Source: Wallemia ichthyophaga EXF-994 (taxonomy: Eukaryota; Fungi; Basidiomycota). From it: a DNA stretch of 62,000 bases. The translations under genes and the position numbers were made by a program. The DNA lies in NCBI RefSeq assembly GCF_000400465.1, contig NW_008806283.1:206001-268000 (forward strand), given 5' to 3'. Below the pieces are notes generated by a model. It saw nothing but the letters and a program-made list of their open reading frames with translations. It was not told the origin of the DNA and searched no databases. Positions 23,124 through 36,480 of this stretch are shown here, in pieces (position 1 is the first letter of the stretch; every line of letters begins with the position of its first letter).

Positions 23124-25510
23124 TTACCTCTTAAACACTAAAGACTTGACAAATCCTACTGTCGTCAGATAAAACGACTCCCTGCTTTTCGTTGAATGAA
23201 ATCCTGTGTCACGGAAATGTGAATGTCCAGACGAATGTACCATTTCATCTGGATTTTCATCTGCTCCTTCTCCTGTCCCTTCTCCTGGCCCTTTTTCCAT
23301 CATGTTCACGCTCTCACTCGATTCCGTCTTGAGACTCTCATCAGGTGACTGAGAATCATAATTTCCCCTCTCTTTCGACATTGCCGTCGTCGATGCAAGT
23401 ATTACCTGATTGTCTCGACTATAAAAAGTCATCCACGATTCTTTCGCATCTGCTTTCTTCCTCAATATCATACTTCCCGATTTGTGCACATCCGTCGGCG
23501 ACTTCTGGACAGTACCCACCGCTGCGGCCTTCACATGCTCCGCTGTCGGTCCATATATTGCACTGTACCTGTCTCCTTCTTCAGAAATTGACGAATTGGA
23601 TGATGATATTGTTTTGCCGATATCGAGTTTCAGATCTCCGTTACTCCTACCATTCATATTCTCATCTTTCTTAGTCTCATGCTTGAATCTAAGTAGATTA
23701 TCGTTCACACCGTCAACTATCAATTCATGTCCCGGCGACTGACTATCTTTAGAACATCTATTCACTTGAAAATCCTTCCAATGCAGTCTGTGTCCGACTA
23801 CTATATACTGCCATGCCTCATTTTCCGTCGACTGCTGCACGTAGTGCTCTTCATTGACCCCTGGTGGTGCAATATAAGCGCAGCAGCTCTCTACGATGAA
23901 TGTGTTGACCGCCGAGCCGCTTCCAGTTACGTTAATTCTAGTCCAGTGGTTGTGCCGAAAATCAAACACATCTATCGCTGCCGTGTTATACGCCTATATC
24001 TGGTCGTTAAATTCAAGTCCTCTACACTAAACCACACCCACACAGTATTCATCGTATGTTTCATCATATTGCCACGCAGGTACTATAGTCACTCCTGCAA
24101 AGATGGCCAGTTTGTGACTGCCTACGAGTATCATCGTCGCTTCCAATCTCTCACGTGGTGATTGACCAGTAGTAGTAATGACATCTTCAATGGATCCTTC
24201 CGAAGATGTAGCTGTGTATCTGCGATTGAGGTTGCCGTCGTCAATATGCATATCTTCATCTATGCTCTGTTGAATGTTTCTTTTTGCTTTGAGCTTCAAG
24301 AGTCTCGCTCGCGAGTAAGCCTCTGGAGATTTGTAGTTGCTCCAGTAGAAATTATCCTCTATAGCATTGTACGTCAGTTTATGAAGATCGTCGAATATCA
24401 CATTGACAGGATCATCCACCTGTGCACCCCCGAAATAGAAAATATCATCACCTTTGACAGTCTGTGAATGTCCAAACCGCATGTCTGGAGCTATTCCCTT
24501 TATCTCTGGTTGAATCCACCTATCTTGCTTGATGTGATACACGAAAACATCATTGTCGCCAACAGTATTGTCACATATACCGCCAAACAAGACGATAAAA
24601 TCTCTAATACATGCCATTGAATGGCCTCTGCGTGCTGTTGGCCACGTGCTCTCTTCATAGCTCTCACTGCTATGTGACGTTCTCTTCCTCGGACGCTTAC
24701 TAAACCTGTTTAGATATCGATCTGGCTGCCTCGAGTTTCCAAGTTCTACTATTGACAAGTCTTTGATGTTTATCTTGTAAAGAATGTCAGAGAGTGAACC
24801 CGTCGATCTTTCATCAAGAGCCGCTGTGGCGTGGGTTGGGTGATCCGAGCTCAGCTTGGGGTGGAGTGTACCCCCGAAAATATAAATTTCGTCGTTGTAC
24901 GCGGTAACAGGAGCCATAAGCGGTTGCCACTGATAAGATTGGGTTGGGGAATAGTTTGGGTTATCAATTCTGAGGAAATATCTATCCCATAGTCTAGTCG
25001 TCAAGTTGAGGACGTATACGGAGGGATTAACTGATCTTTAAGGGATTAGCGAGGTCTTGGAGATTGCTGAAATCTCACAAATAAGGCAAATAGAGGAAAT
25101 TACGTATTTGAACGGCAGTCTAAATATGTCATCAGTGTAATGATATGCACTAGAGGAATAAACGCACATGGTGACCAAATGCAGGTGGAAATACCTCCGG
25201 CAGATGCTCTTCAGCCTGGTTATTCAAGTCATCGTCGCCGTTTGAATTTATCGTCGGTTGTAATTGAGAAGAAGGTGGGAAGTCTGGAGCGCGTTGTACA
25301 TCGAATTGATCCCAGTGTGCGCCTGTAAAGCATAAGTGAGTGCAAATTATTCAAATCTCAACCAAATCCCTCACCGACGAAGCTCAGATGCCGCTTGACC
25401 AAATTGTGGAATGATCTGCACGATATGGACAATCTCATCAAATCGATCGATCTGAGGTTACTGAGTATTTCGTAGTACACGTTGTCATTCAATTTAAGCA
25501 TCTGCGCCAT
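23124..25510 (-). CDS. F-box plus kelch-repeat protein (putative SCF substrate adaptor), ~5 exons
   Basis: N-terminal F-box-like LNDNVYYEILSNLRSIDLMRLSISCRSFHNLV; kelch motifs EIYIFGG, ARRGHSM..IVLFGG, MRFGHSQ..IFYFGG; canonical introns keep frame. Confidence 0.8.
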
Positions 25511-25750
25511 TTTTGAATGGTATTTAATCTTTTTCCTTTTTTTCAAATAATCCAGAATAGTGGATTTCAAAGATAAGAATTTGCGAGGAGACAAAGAAAA
25601 GGAGAGAAAAATTACATGAAAAGTATTCACAATGGCATTACAAAAAGTTTTCGCATTCATTCTCCACTCCGCTGCTTCCCGCCAACACCAATATCGAATG
25701 GTAGAAATCTCGTTATCCCCACGTTGTCAGCTACACTATTTACTTTGTTG

Positions 25751-27906
25751 TCAAATCTCTGTCGTAATCCATTCTGGTACTGAAATTTTGTTAACCCCTT
25801 GTATTATCACAACCGATGAACTCACAGTGACGCCAAACAATTTTACACTAGTGGATGACCAATTGGGGAGGGCATTGATGTAGATATCAGACCAAATTGT
25901 GATCAAACGCCACACCAGCAGCGCTTCTGTCCAGTGGAAGCTATCTAGCAATTTAGACTGATTGCCAAGTTGTTTGGATATGTCGACATTGCGCAACTCT
26001 GAGAGAATTGTCGACCTCACTGATTCTTTACGAATGATAGGGAGTAGCTGTTCAAGTCAGATTTGAATAGAAGTGAGAGAAGCAAAACACCCACCTCCGT
26101 AGAAGCTAAGAGAATGGAGTCTAGCGGCAATTTCACTACCCAGCTCCTCACCCACTCCTCTGTCGGCTCAAATTGAGTATCGTTAATCTTGATAGTGTGA
26201 AAGTCGCAGATCATTTTCGGAACATCTCCTCCAAAACTAACTTTATTCTCTTGCAATCTACTCGAATCAATGGATGTAGAGACACGTTCCGCTTGTTTGC
26301 CTTTCGCTTTCTCAGACATCTCATTTTCGTTTGGTATTGATTGTGGCGGGTATGTAACCTGTGATGGTGAGGATGTCGTAGGATTTTCGTGATCAAGACT
26401 ATTTCCCCTACTACCTTGTACTACCTTGAGACCTTTCTGCAGAGTTAAATTTGCTAGTGACTGGAATGAGTCGTTGTTAAGCAATAAAGCATAGATGAGT
26501 GAAGGGTTTGCATTGAGTTGACGGTGGATAACGCCATTGAATGCTTCAAGGATATAGAAGAGATAGCGCGGATTGCCCTTGTTTGCGAACAGAAACTGGG
26601 GCGTAGCTAGCGCTCTATAAATGGATACAAGTCTGACTGCCGACAATTGCGAGAGATGCTTGAGGTACCCGCCCAAATTAGCCAATGCGGCCAAAAGACT
26701 GTCATAAGAGGCAGGATGTATGGAGCTAGTGACTAGATTGTATATAGTACTAACCAAATAATCAGAAAGCCCATGATTGCCATCTTGGAGGGATATTGGG
26801 TTGTCGAGCGATGATCCGAAATTGTGATCGAAACTGAGTGAATGAAGGAGTGAGGCCAGAAGCCTGAGTAAGTTCTGATTATGTGACTGTGTGTTCAAAG
26901 CCGTAATCAACCTGGTTGATATAGATAAGTAGTGATTTGAATGTGAGAGATATAGTTTGAATTTCGGATTAAGATCGATGAGACGCCATAAGAAGAGCCA
27001 AAGCTGAAGAACATTTGGGTTTTGTATGTAGTGAGATTTGGATATAGCTTTGAGAGAATAATTGGGAGCGGAAGACTCATCTATAATAGACAAGGAGCGT
27101 GTTAGGATGAAATCAAAGTCAATCGATCTGTGCAGCTTAGATAGGGACTTGGAAAAGGTTGAGGATGAGTTGTAGATGAGTACAAGCAACAAGTCCATGG
27201 ATAAGAGTGAAAATTTTGATAGGATGGGAGTGAGTGGGAGATAATTGAGCTGTTTAGTGGATATCGAGGTATTGAGTAGAGAAGAAAGTAAAACCAAAAC
27301 AATTTTTCTGTCTAACGAATTGAGGTAGCCTATGAGTTGGTCATGAACGGGTAGAATGGACTGGGGAGTGGAATAAAGGGGTGGAGACAAGACGGCGAGT
27401 ATGGAAGAGAGAATGAGAGCTCTGTGAGAGTTGAGATTGTTGTCATTGGGGGTGTCAGATGAGAGGCCGACGCCCTTAACCCAGATCGAGAGGGTGTAAG
27501 TGTTGTTGAGGCGGAAGAGAGACTTGATGGAGGAGGTGAGGAGGGAGTTGTAGTCTATAGCATTAGACATTGCAGGTAAGTAGCCTAAATCGTAGTAGAC
27601 GGGGAAGAGCTTGGAGAAGATTCTATGGATATTCAAAGCGTGGTTCGTAGTGGTACCATCCAATTGAGACACCAAATAACGTATCAAAGTGAAAATATTT
27701 TCAGATAAAGACAAGCGAATATCATTAACGGTTAATAAGCTATTAAGATCATCATCATTTTCAATCAAATCAATGAATTTAAACCAGTAATCGACGTCGT
27801 CTGGGTGTACCAATATCGATTTAATTCTGTTTATCCCATTGGCAGATAGTCTGAAATCAATTTTGGAGTTTGATTTTTTGAATTTATTGGAAAGGAATTC
27901 CATCAT
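25751..27906 (-). CDS. HID1: HID1/Ecm30-family Golgi peripheral protein, 2 exons
   Basis: DYWFKF..LLTVNDIR, RLVSIYRALATPQFLFA, YILEAFNGVI, PTEEWVRSW..LPLD, C-terminal WSDIYI..WSSTSVKLFGV. Confidence 0.85.
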
Positions 27907-27919
27907 GCCTAAGTGATGA

Positions 27920-28193
<274 letters not shown>

Positions 28194-28250
28194 GTTAATC
28201 TTTCTTACAGGTATTTCAAGTTAATTTGTGGCGATGAATAGGAAGTGAAA

Positions 28251-29145
28251 TTAGCTTGCAGCATACAGCGCAGGCCCTGGCTGCTGATAATCTGTTATCT
28301 GTGAATTATTCATTAGCTTTATACGTTCCACTCTATTTATTACCTACGCCTTGCTGTGAATCATACATATTTGGCAAATATATTCCTGGATCCTGTTCAT
28401 TGTATCCACCTGGGAATTTTACTGTATCGCTTGGATACGCGTCTCCGCCTCCTTGCACCTGCACATTGATGCATGATGGATAAAATTCGCATCCTCCAAC
28501 CATATTCGCTTCGTGTAGCGCTATTATTTCGTGTCTGATCATGTAGTTGCCTGATGCTATATCCCATGGTACTGTTGCCTTGACTGTATTGAAATTCTTT
28601 AGTGTCGCCTGCTCCCACATACCATCTGGTCTCTTATCATCCTCTGAGATTTTGAAAAAGTCGATTGTTGTAGGATCAACATTCTTACAATCGCCGTTGC
28701 AGTTGCCCATGTATGTTATAATTGGTCCAGTACTATGTGGCCATGGAATACCATCCTCACCGCCATTCCAAATGAACTCTACGTCAGTACCAGCAGCAAC
28801 TGGGGCACTGTATTCTGAGGGGACTGAATCTCGACCACACTTGGACCTGTGTTAGTGGATCCCATCATTTTCATATATAAAGTTCCAACTCACAGACAAA
28901 TTAGGTGAGTAAATGTCTTTAATTGGCTTCGTGTTGGTTACTTGACGGATTGGGCCTTTAGATTTGATCTCCGAGTCGTCGCCGTAGTTTGGATAAGGTC
29001 CTGTATGTGTTTGGTCGTTGAGTATTACCTCTGCGGGGAATTTGAGTAGGTGTCTCAGAGAGAGCAATATAAACGCACGCTTTACGATGCCATGTGCAGC
29101 GACCAGGCTGAGCAAAGAGGATACTGTGAGTGCTTTCATGATCAT
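28251..29145 (-). CDS. AA9 (GH61) lytic polysaccharide monooxygenase, secreted, no CBM, 4 exons
   Basis: Signal peptide ending VAA then mature His1 (HGIV); WPHSTGP; RHEIIALH; EFYPSCINVQV; FPGGY..DPGI. Confidence 0.92.
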
Positions 29146-29357
29146 AGTGCTGCTTAAGGAAATATGTTTTATCAAATTGAGATATTTATCCACTGGTATG
29201 AATAAGTCTAAATTCGTCGACGATCGAAAATTCCGGGTGAGGACAGTGGAGTGGCTGGCTGGCTGGCTGGTGGCGTGTGGATTTTATTTAGTGTTTTCGT
29301 TGATATAGACACGTATACACGCAGTGCTGTTCCTCCCATCTCTTCTCTTCCACCTTC

Positions 29358-31091
29358 ATGTCTTCTGCGGTTGAAAACAAGAAGAAGTCGCAGCTCAGCA
29401 AGAATCAGCTAAAGAGATTAAAGAAGAAGAGTAAAAGCGGGGAGGAACCGGTTGCACACGATGCGGTGGCAGAACCAGCGGCAGAATCAGCAGAATCAGC
29501 AGAACAGCCACACCCACAAGACGCACAAGAGGAATCCATAGACACTGAAAATATCCCAGAGGAATACAAGCAGATCTTCCTTAAATTCCAGCCTCAAGAA
29601 GATACACAGCCTGTAAGAACTCACGCAACCACATGATAAACAACACTCACCAACACAACACAGGAAGAAGCAGCAAAGAATGAATGGCTTTACAGCGATG
29701 ATGACGATGACGAGGATTTAAAAAAGGAAGAAGAGCACCTCTCCAAGAAGAAGCAGCGCAGAATAAACCGTTTATCCGTCGCAGAGCTCAAGTCGCTAGT
29801 ATCCAAACCTGAGATTGTAGAAGCGGTAGACACGACATCGCGTGATCCACGTCTACTGATCCACCTCAAATCCTACAAAAACACAATCCCCGTGCCCTCC
29901 CACTGGGCCCAGAAGCGTGGTTTCCTCGAAGGCAAGAAGGGCATAGAGAAGCCCGCGTTTCAGCTGCCCTCATATATTGCAGATACTGGCATAGGCGTAC
30001 AGCAGGACGCAGTGAAGGAGCGTGAGGCTGAGATGTCCCTCAAGCAGAAGACACGCCAACGTGTCCAGCCTCGCATGGGCAAGATGGACATCGATTACCA
30101 GAAGCTCCACGAAGCTTTCTTTAAGTTCCAAACCAAGCCGCCTATGTCTGACTACGGCGAGACGTATTATGAAGGCAAAGAGTTCGAAACTTATGTCAAG
30201 GAGAGAAAACCCGGTGAAATAAGCACAGAGCTCAAGGAGGCACTCAGTATACCACCTCTCGCTCCCCCACCATGGCTCATCGCTATGCAGAGATATGGTC
30301 CACCACCTAGCTATCCCAACCTCAAAATCCCGGGTCTCAACTATCCTATCCCTGAAGGTGCTCAATGGGGCTTCCATCCTGGTGGTTGGGGCAAACCACC
30401 GACTGACGAGTATAATCGCCCTCTCTACGGTGATGTCTTTGGTGTTATTCCAAAATTCAACCCTGATTCGGTTGACAATATTGACAAGAGTCTTTGGGGG
30501 GAGATATTATCTGAAGAGGAGCAGTCGTCTTCTGATGAAGAGAGTGATGAAGATGAGGATGAGGAAGATGAGGAGCAGGAGCAAGATCAGATACAGCCAG
30601 ACGAAGATGGTGAGGAGATGGATGGTATGGAGACACCATCTGGTATGGCATCGGTTGCTACTACTGCGCCAGGCGCTGGATTGGAGACGCCCGCTTTCAC
30701 AGATTTAAGGAAGGGTGCAAGAGGTGATGACACGCCTAGAGAACTTTATCAAGTTCTTCCAGAGAGGCAGGCTGCAGTGGATGGATTGATGGGATCAGAG
30801 AGGGTGTATGACATGCCAACGCTCGGCAAGGAAAGCTCAAAGAAGCGCAAATCGGGCGATGTCCAACTAGCCATTGATCCTGAAGAGCTGGCAAAAATGT
30901 CGGATGAGCAGATAAAACAGGCTTACGAGGAGCAGAGTCGGAGTAGTGGGAATAGAGTGCATGTCCCAGGTGCTGATAGGGCTGAGGACTTTACAGATAT
31001 ACTTCAAGAAGGACATGGCAAGCGACAGAAGAAAGATGAGAGGAGAAGAGCTGATAAAGAGGATAATAGGAAGGATAAATTCAAGTTTTAG
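29358..31091 (+). CDS. CUS1: U2 snRNP splicing factor SF3B2/SAP145 (Cus1), 2 exons
   Basis: IPVPSHWAQKRGFL, QPRMGKMDIDYQKLHEAFFKFQTKP, PSP domain PPPWLIAMQRYGPPPSYP. Confidence 0.93.
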
Positions 31092-31252
31092 AGAGCTACT
31101 TGCAGTTGTAATGTATACATATTAGTATTTTGATGAGAAGTAAGATTTTCATAGAAGGCTTGGATGGGGAGGCACATAACACACTCATCAAATAGCCGGA
31201 CCAAGTTGTTTGTATATCGTGCATATGAGTAAAACAAAGAAGGAGACTTAAA

Positions 31253-31869
31253 TTAAACGACAGTACCAGCGTTAGAAGCGATACGTGGCCATAAGTCAGC
31301 GCATTCCTTTGCGACGGCTGGTAAAAGGATTGTGAGATAGATATAAGTAAATTAGGATAAAACCCACGACCAGTGATAGCTGAACCCTTCATTTCACCCT
31401 TTGGGTTGGTGATGACACCGGCGTTGTCCTCAAAGTAGAGGAAAACACCATCACGTCTTCTCCAAGGCTTACGTTGGCGGACGACGACGGCAGGCATGAC
31501 CTTCTTACGCAATTCAGGCTTACCCTTCTTGACGGTAGCCATGATCATGTCACCGGCACTGGCGGCAGGGAGACGGTTAAGACGAGCACCGCTGTGGAAG
31601 ACGGCGACGACGTAAAGGTTCTTTGCACCAGAGTTGTCAGCGCAGTTGAGAACAGCGCCAGTTGGAAGACCGACTGGAGGGAATCAGCGGGAAAAAGGGG
31701 AAAAAGGGGATATTTACGGGTCATACGGAACTTGTTACCTGGAAGAAGAGTGAGTAAAAAAGAAAGCTGTAAACGAGTTCACTGCGCACCTTGGTTTTGA
31801 ACCTGGGATTGAGCACCGTCAATTGAGCCATTCCAAGGCTAAAAAAAGGCTTCAACTAACCTTACTCAT
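31253..31869 (-). CDS. RPL23: 60S ribosomal protein L23 (uL14), 5 exons including 9-, 13- and 21-nt 5' exons
   Basis: Spliced MSK|VQNQ|GNKFRMT|[34 protein letters not shown]|[21 protein letters not shown]. Confidence 0.97.
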
Positions 31870-32368
31870 CTCACTCTAAACGGCTATATTAGTTGTGCAC
31901 TACTCGCAGGTATTTTCACCCACTAAAGAATTTGGCCTTCAGCTAGCGAAGTCGAAGAAGGATTTACGACTTTTACCAGAATAAAATTTGTGTTTATATT
32001 GTGTGAGTTGAGGAGGGAGATAGCTGTGTAAATGAATGTATTCTGCTAATCTTTGGCTTGTTTTCTGCTGTCTGCGCTGCGTGTGTGTGTAGACCTGCGT
32101 ATGATGTTATCGACATTCTAGGAATCGTGAGCGGTGTTGTGTACCAAATAGCATGCTTGAATACTCCAGCTATTCTCAATACCCAGCTCACCCTTTTCTA
32201 CCTCATATCGCTCAAATTCCACTCAAATCTCTCTGAGCTGGCACAAACACCAGAAACGGCGAGATGGAGCGCATTTAGCGGGTTAAAGCGTGTTCGGAGT
32301 GATATTACAGCCACTACAGCTTCAAATCTCCCACTTTCCCTCCATCCCCTTCTCTGTCTAGCACGCCC

Positions 32369-32474
32369 ATGAACAACTCAGCGACACAAACTGAGAATCC
32401 CGTTGTATGGCGCACGCCGCAGTACTACAACGTGAAGAAGAAGCAGCCAAAGTACGGCGAGCAACAGCAACAGC

Positions 32475-32529
<55 letters not shown>

Positions 32530-35288
32530 GCAGCAGACACAGCACTCCAATCTTCCCCCACAGCAACTCATACCAAGAGCATCGCAGCCACAGCAACAGA
32601 CTGAGCCCAGCGATCTAAGCCTGGCAAATATACTCCACTACTTGCAATCAGAATGGAGGAGGTGCGTGTGGTCTATCGAGCGTATGTGTAACGTCTCACT
32701 CCCAGCAGATATGAGAGAGATCGCAATGAATGGGAAATAGAAAGGGCAGAAATGAGAGCGAGACTGGCTCTGCTTGAAGGCGAGAAGAGAGCTACTGACA
32801 ACGTCAAATCTGACCTTTTGCGACGCGTCAAAATGCTCGAATACGCTTTGAGGCAGGAGAGAGCTAAGTTTATTGCTCTCTCGAATCCACGCTCCACTTC
32901 TCCGAAATCAGCCAACTCTGGGGAATCGAACGATGACAAGAACGCAAGTGGAGGTGGAAATACAAACACAAACACAACTTCAAATACAAACGCATCAGCT
33001 ATCCATCCAACTAAAAAGGCCACTTTAAAGTTTGATGGCGATGACAGTCAGAAATCTGATGACAGCCCTACTCTCTCCTCTTCAAATACTCTGCTTAACC
33101 ACTCTCACAACAATTCTTCGCTCCCTCAGTGGCTTAAATCATCCAATCACGCTAAAGACACTAAAACTCGCTCGAAAAGTCGACAGTATTTGCAGCAGTG
33201 TCTTGAAGAAATCACTTACCTCACTGATCCATCGACTCTCAATCCACTTACGGGTAGACCATACAAGGACGTAGACGGATTGGAAATCGAGAAGTTACCA
33301 CATTCTGTGCCAATGGAGTCAACGTCACCAAATTCCTCCGAAAAAATCAATCAGCAGTTATCAAACAGCTTATCCAACTCAGTTACAATCGATGAGAGTA
33401 GCGGTGGTCCAATAGTATCACACCCAATTGTCGAAAACGAGGAGAGTGTACGAGCTCAACTTGCAACTCCATCCGGACCATCATCTCCTCCAGTCATCGC
33501 TAGCAACATATTCGATCAGAAGGCGCAAGAGATGCACAAGACGCAGACTGAGCCCGAAGAGCATGATGACGATGAAGATGATCAGGATGACCAAACTGTC
33601 ATTGACCAAGATAACGACGCTAATGATAAAGAGGAAGAACAAAACGGTGATGATAATCCTGAGGCTGAGGCTACTTTCACTCCAGTCACACACTCTAATG
33701 ACCAAAAGGATACCACAAAAACGAATGAAACCATTGATGAGGATGCCAAGGTTTCCAAAGAGCAATTGGAAGACGAAAACCTGGTTAAACCTGAGGATCC
33801 AATGAATGCTGATGCTCCAAGTGAAGCTAAAGCTGAAGCTGCGGCTGAGAAATCTGAGCATTCTGCGCAATCTACCCAGCCTCAGACGGAAGGAGCAGTT
33901 GAACCAGCAAACCACCCTGAAGATGTAAGTAAATGAAAAGCAAATGCTTTACAGCACCTCCTTCTCATTAAATAATCTTTACCTATTCTACATTCTACAT
34001 ATACTTGACATGCATTGTCGCTTTTTTTTCATTCGAGACACAGACTGACACGATTTAAATGCAGTTACAGTTGAAAGTAGCTCCATTGATCGACGTACAA
34101 AATGGTGAGTGGAATGAAATGAAGATTGTGCGTTACTGAGTTTCTCTGCCAGTAGAAGATGAAGTAGATAGCGAGAGCATGCGCTCGAACAGCTCAATCA
34201 AGTCAACAGGATTATGGAAGTGGTGGAAGACGCTGCGAAGGTGGGTTAAAGGAGGAGGGGAGGTAGATAAAAGCGAGAGCTATCAAAACTAACACACAAC
34301 CAGCCACACTGATCCTATCCGCGCTGTGGTGTTCATCAAGCTGAATGCGGACGAGACGATGATGATAACAGGGGGAGATGACACGGTTTTGAGGTATTGG
34401 AGAGTACCACCTTCCACTGACAAGAGTGTGCTACTCCCCAGTGTCAATCTGCGCGCTCACACCGCACCAATAACTTCAATAGCCGCTTCTAAGACGAAGA
34501 AGGTAGTTTATACAGCCAGCATTGATAGCACGATACGCGAATGGAAACTGACGGAGCGGGATGGAGATGTTATCGATCTCCATTCGCTCTCGGGGAGGAT
34601 CTTCGAGGGTCATACAAACGCTGTTTGGGGAGTCGTGTGTACACAATCAGGCAAGCTCATCAGCGTCAGCAGCGACTCGACGATGAAGATCTGGAATGAG
34701 GAGACAGGTGCGCTGGAAAACACTATCAACCTCGACACGCCGTGTTCGACGATCGATTTATACGAAGAGAGTGAGAGTGGGAGTGAGAAGGAAACTATCA
34801 AGGTGGCAGTTGGATTGACTGACCAGAGAGCCATCGTGATGGATCTCACCAATCTCAGCACGCCGTTTTTAGAGCTAGTAGTGGACGATGCAGACACAGA
34901 AGCGAATGCTCAATTCAACAATGTCGTACTGGACGACGATAGGCTGTTTAGTGCGCACGAGGATGGCAGGATCAGATTGTGGCTGCTGTCCACTGGACAG
35001 CGTATCGAGACGCTGATGGCACATCTAGACAGCTGCACTGCAATTAAGTTGCAACCCTACTCAAACGTACTCGCCAGCGCTAGCCATGACTGCTCAGTTA
35101 GGTTCTGGTCGACAGAGAAATTCAGCCAAATTGATGGCCCTGGAGTTGCGCATGACGCTTGCGTACAAGAATGTGGTGGACATAGGAAGCTGTTCGGCGA
35201 GGGTGTCAACGAAATAGCGGTAAATAATGACGGCACGCTGCTTGCTAGTGCAGGTGCAGATGGGGTAATCAAGCTGTATTACAAGTAG
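32369..35288 (+). CDS. Striatin (STRIPAK PP2A B''' subunit; Far8/Pro11-like), multi-exon
   Basis: Striatin coiled coil LHYLQSEWRR|..EMRARLALLEGEKR..LLRRVKMLEYALRQER; RQYLQQCLEEITYL; C-terminal WD40 repeats. Confidence 0.92.
32462..32536 (+). repeat. (CAA/CAG)25 trinucleotide microsatellite encoding polyQ in the striatin N-terminus
   Basis: 75 nt of CAA/CAG, mostly an uninterrupted CAA run. Confidence 0.97.
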
Positions 35289-35334
35289 GAGTATGTACCA
35301 CGCAATTCAAATGCATCATTCATACAAGGTCCAA

Positions 35335-36029
35335 TTAGACGTCAGCGTGAGCTGGGAACTCAAAGACGACATCCTTGCCAGCGAGACGCTTGTAGATGGA
35401 TTCGAAGGAGGTGAGCTTGTGCTCGAGGATGTGTGAGTCCTTAGGGTCAAGGAAACTGATTACATAGTTAGCACGCGAGCTCTGCAGGAGAATATCAGGG
35501 TATTCTCGAGCGCGCTCCAGCGATTAAACGAAAACACGGTCGAAAAATCCAAAGAGGGGACTCACCACTTGATCAACTTGCTGCCGTCAGTGGATTGACG
35601 GAGACGCTTACCGACAATCTCAGAAGGGAAGACAATGTCCTCGAGGATGGCTGCGTGGACAGCGGTGAGAGTACGAGAACGAGGTCTTTGTTGAGGTTGC
35701 TTTTGGTTGCGAGTTGGCTTAGGGAGGATACGGCGTTGGGCAACGAAGACGACGTGACGGTCAGAGAACTTCTTCTCGAGCTCACGGGTCAAGCGCTGTT
35801 GAACCTTGTGGAAAGCCTTGACTTGAGGAACAGGAACAAAGACAACAATAGCCTTCTTACCGCCCTTTACATCAACCTCACGAGCAGAGGAGATGGTGAG
35901 TGGTGCGAGCTCGGCCTTGAGGTCTGGGACGTTGTTGCCGAGGTCGATTAAAGCTTGACCAACTGATAATTCAATTTCGTCTGGTTGGACGCGTGCTGCG
36001 TTAGCGGAGCGTTGAATCTTAGAGGCCAT
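35335..36029 (-). CDS. RPS7: 40S ribosomal protein S7 (eS7), 2 exons (intron 35456-35565)
   Basis: [47 protein letters not shown], last exon [19 protein letters not shown]. Confidence 0.97.
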
Positions 36030-36348
36030 GGCTTTATTGGTGTCCCGGTGGTTTTCACTGAAGAGGCGAAGACGCTGATTGGAAAAAATTAAGTGCCAAT
36101 TTTCATTTTATTTTTGACGACCATTGGATATCTATAGACGGTCTTTGTGGGTTTCTGTAGGTCTTTGGTTGTGGCTCTTTGTCCATCTAACCGCCACCTA
36201 ACTCCACCCACTTGAGTTGTTTCAAAAATTTGTCTGGGGAAGCGAGTGAGGAGCGGAGATACCTAGGTAGCAGCTACATGCACCAGAACATCCTAAACCT
36301 TCTTGATTCCCATCAAATTCCTTCAAAAGTGAAGATTTTCCGGGATGC

Positions 36349-36356
36349 TTCTCGAA
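36349..36356. promoter_or_regulatory. Heat-shock-element-like TTCtcGAA upstream of KAR2
   Basis: Two inverted nGAAn units ~175 bp upstream of the BiP start; yeast KAR2 is known to carry HSE plus UPRE. Confidence 0.35.
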
Positions 36357-36455
36357 GGCGAGGTAGACGTGATTGAGAGGCTGGAATCACAGCATACAGG
36401 GAATACATAAACATTTAACATTTACAAAGAAATTTGAATATTTTTATATTTTATA

Positions 36456-36480
36456 ACACACTTGTGACGTGTCAGTGTGT
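36456..36480. promoter_or_regulatory. UPR-element-like TGACGTGTCA core within an ACACACT..AGTGTGT inverted repeat, upstream of KAR2
   Basis: TGACGTG core as bound by Hac1/XBP1-class bZIPs, ~55 bp upstream of the ATG. Confidence 0.5.

Noticed and set aside
32358-32604. Poly-Val, poly-Leu and poly-Thr ORFs, and similar Ile/Val or Ile/Thr ORFs at 46933-47400
   Set aside because: Alternate frames of the CAA and AATAAC microsatellites
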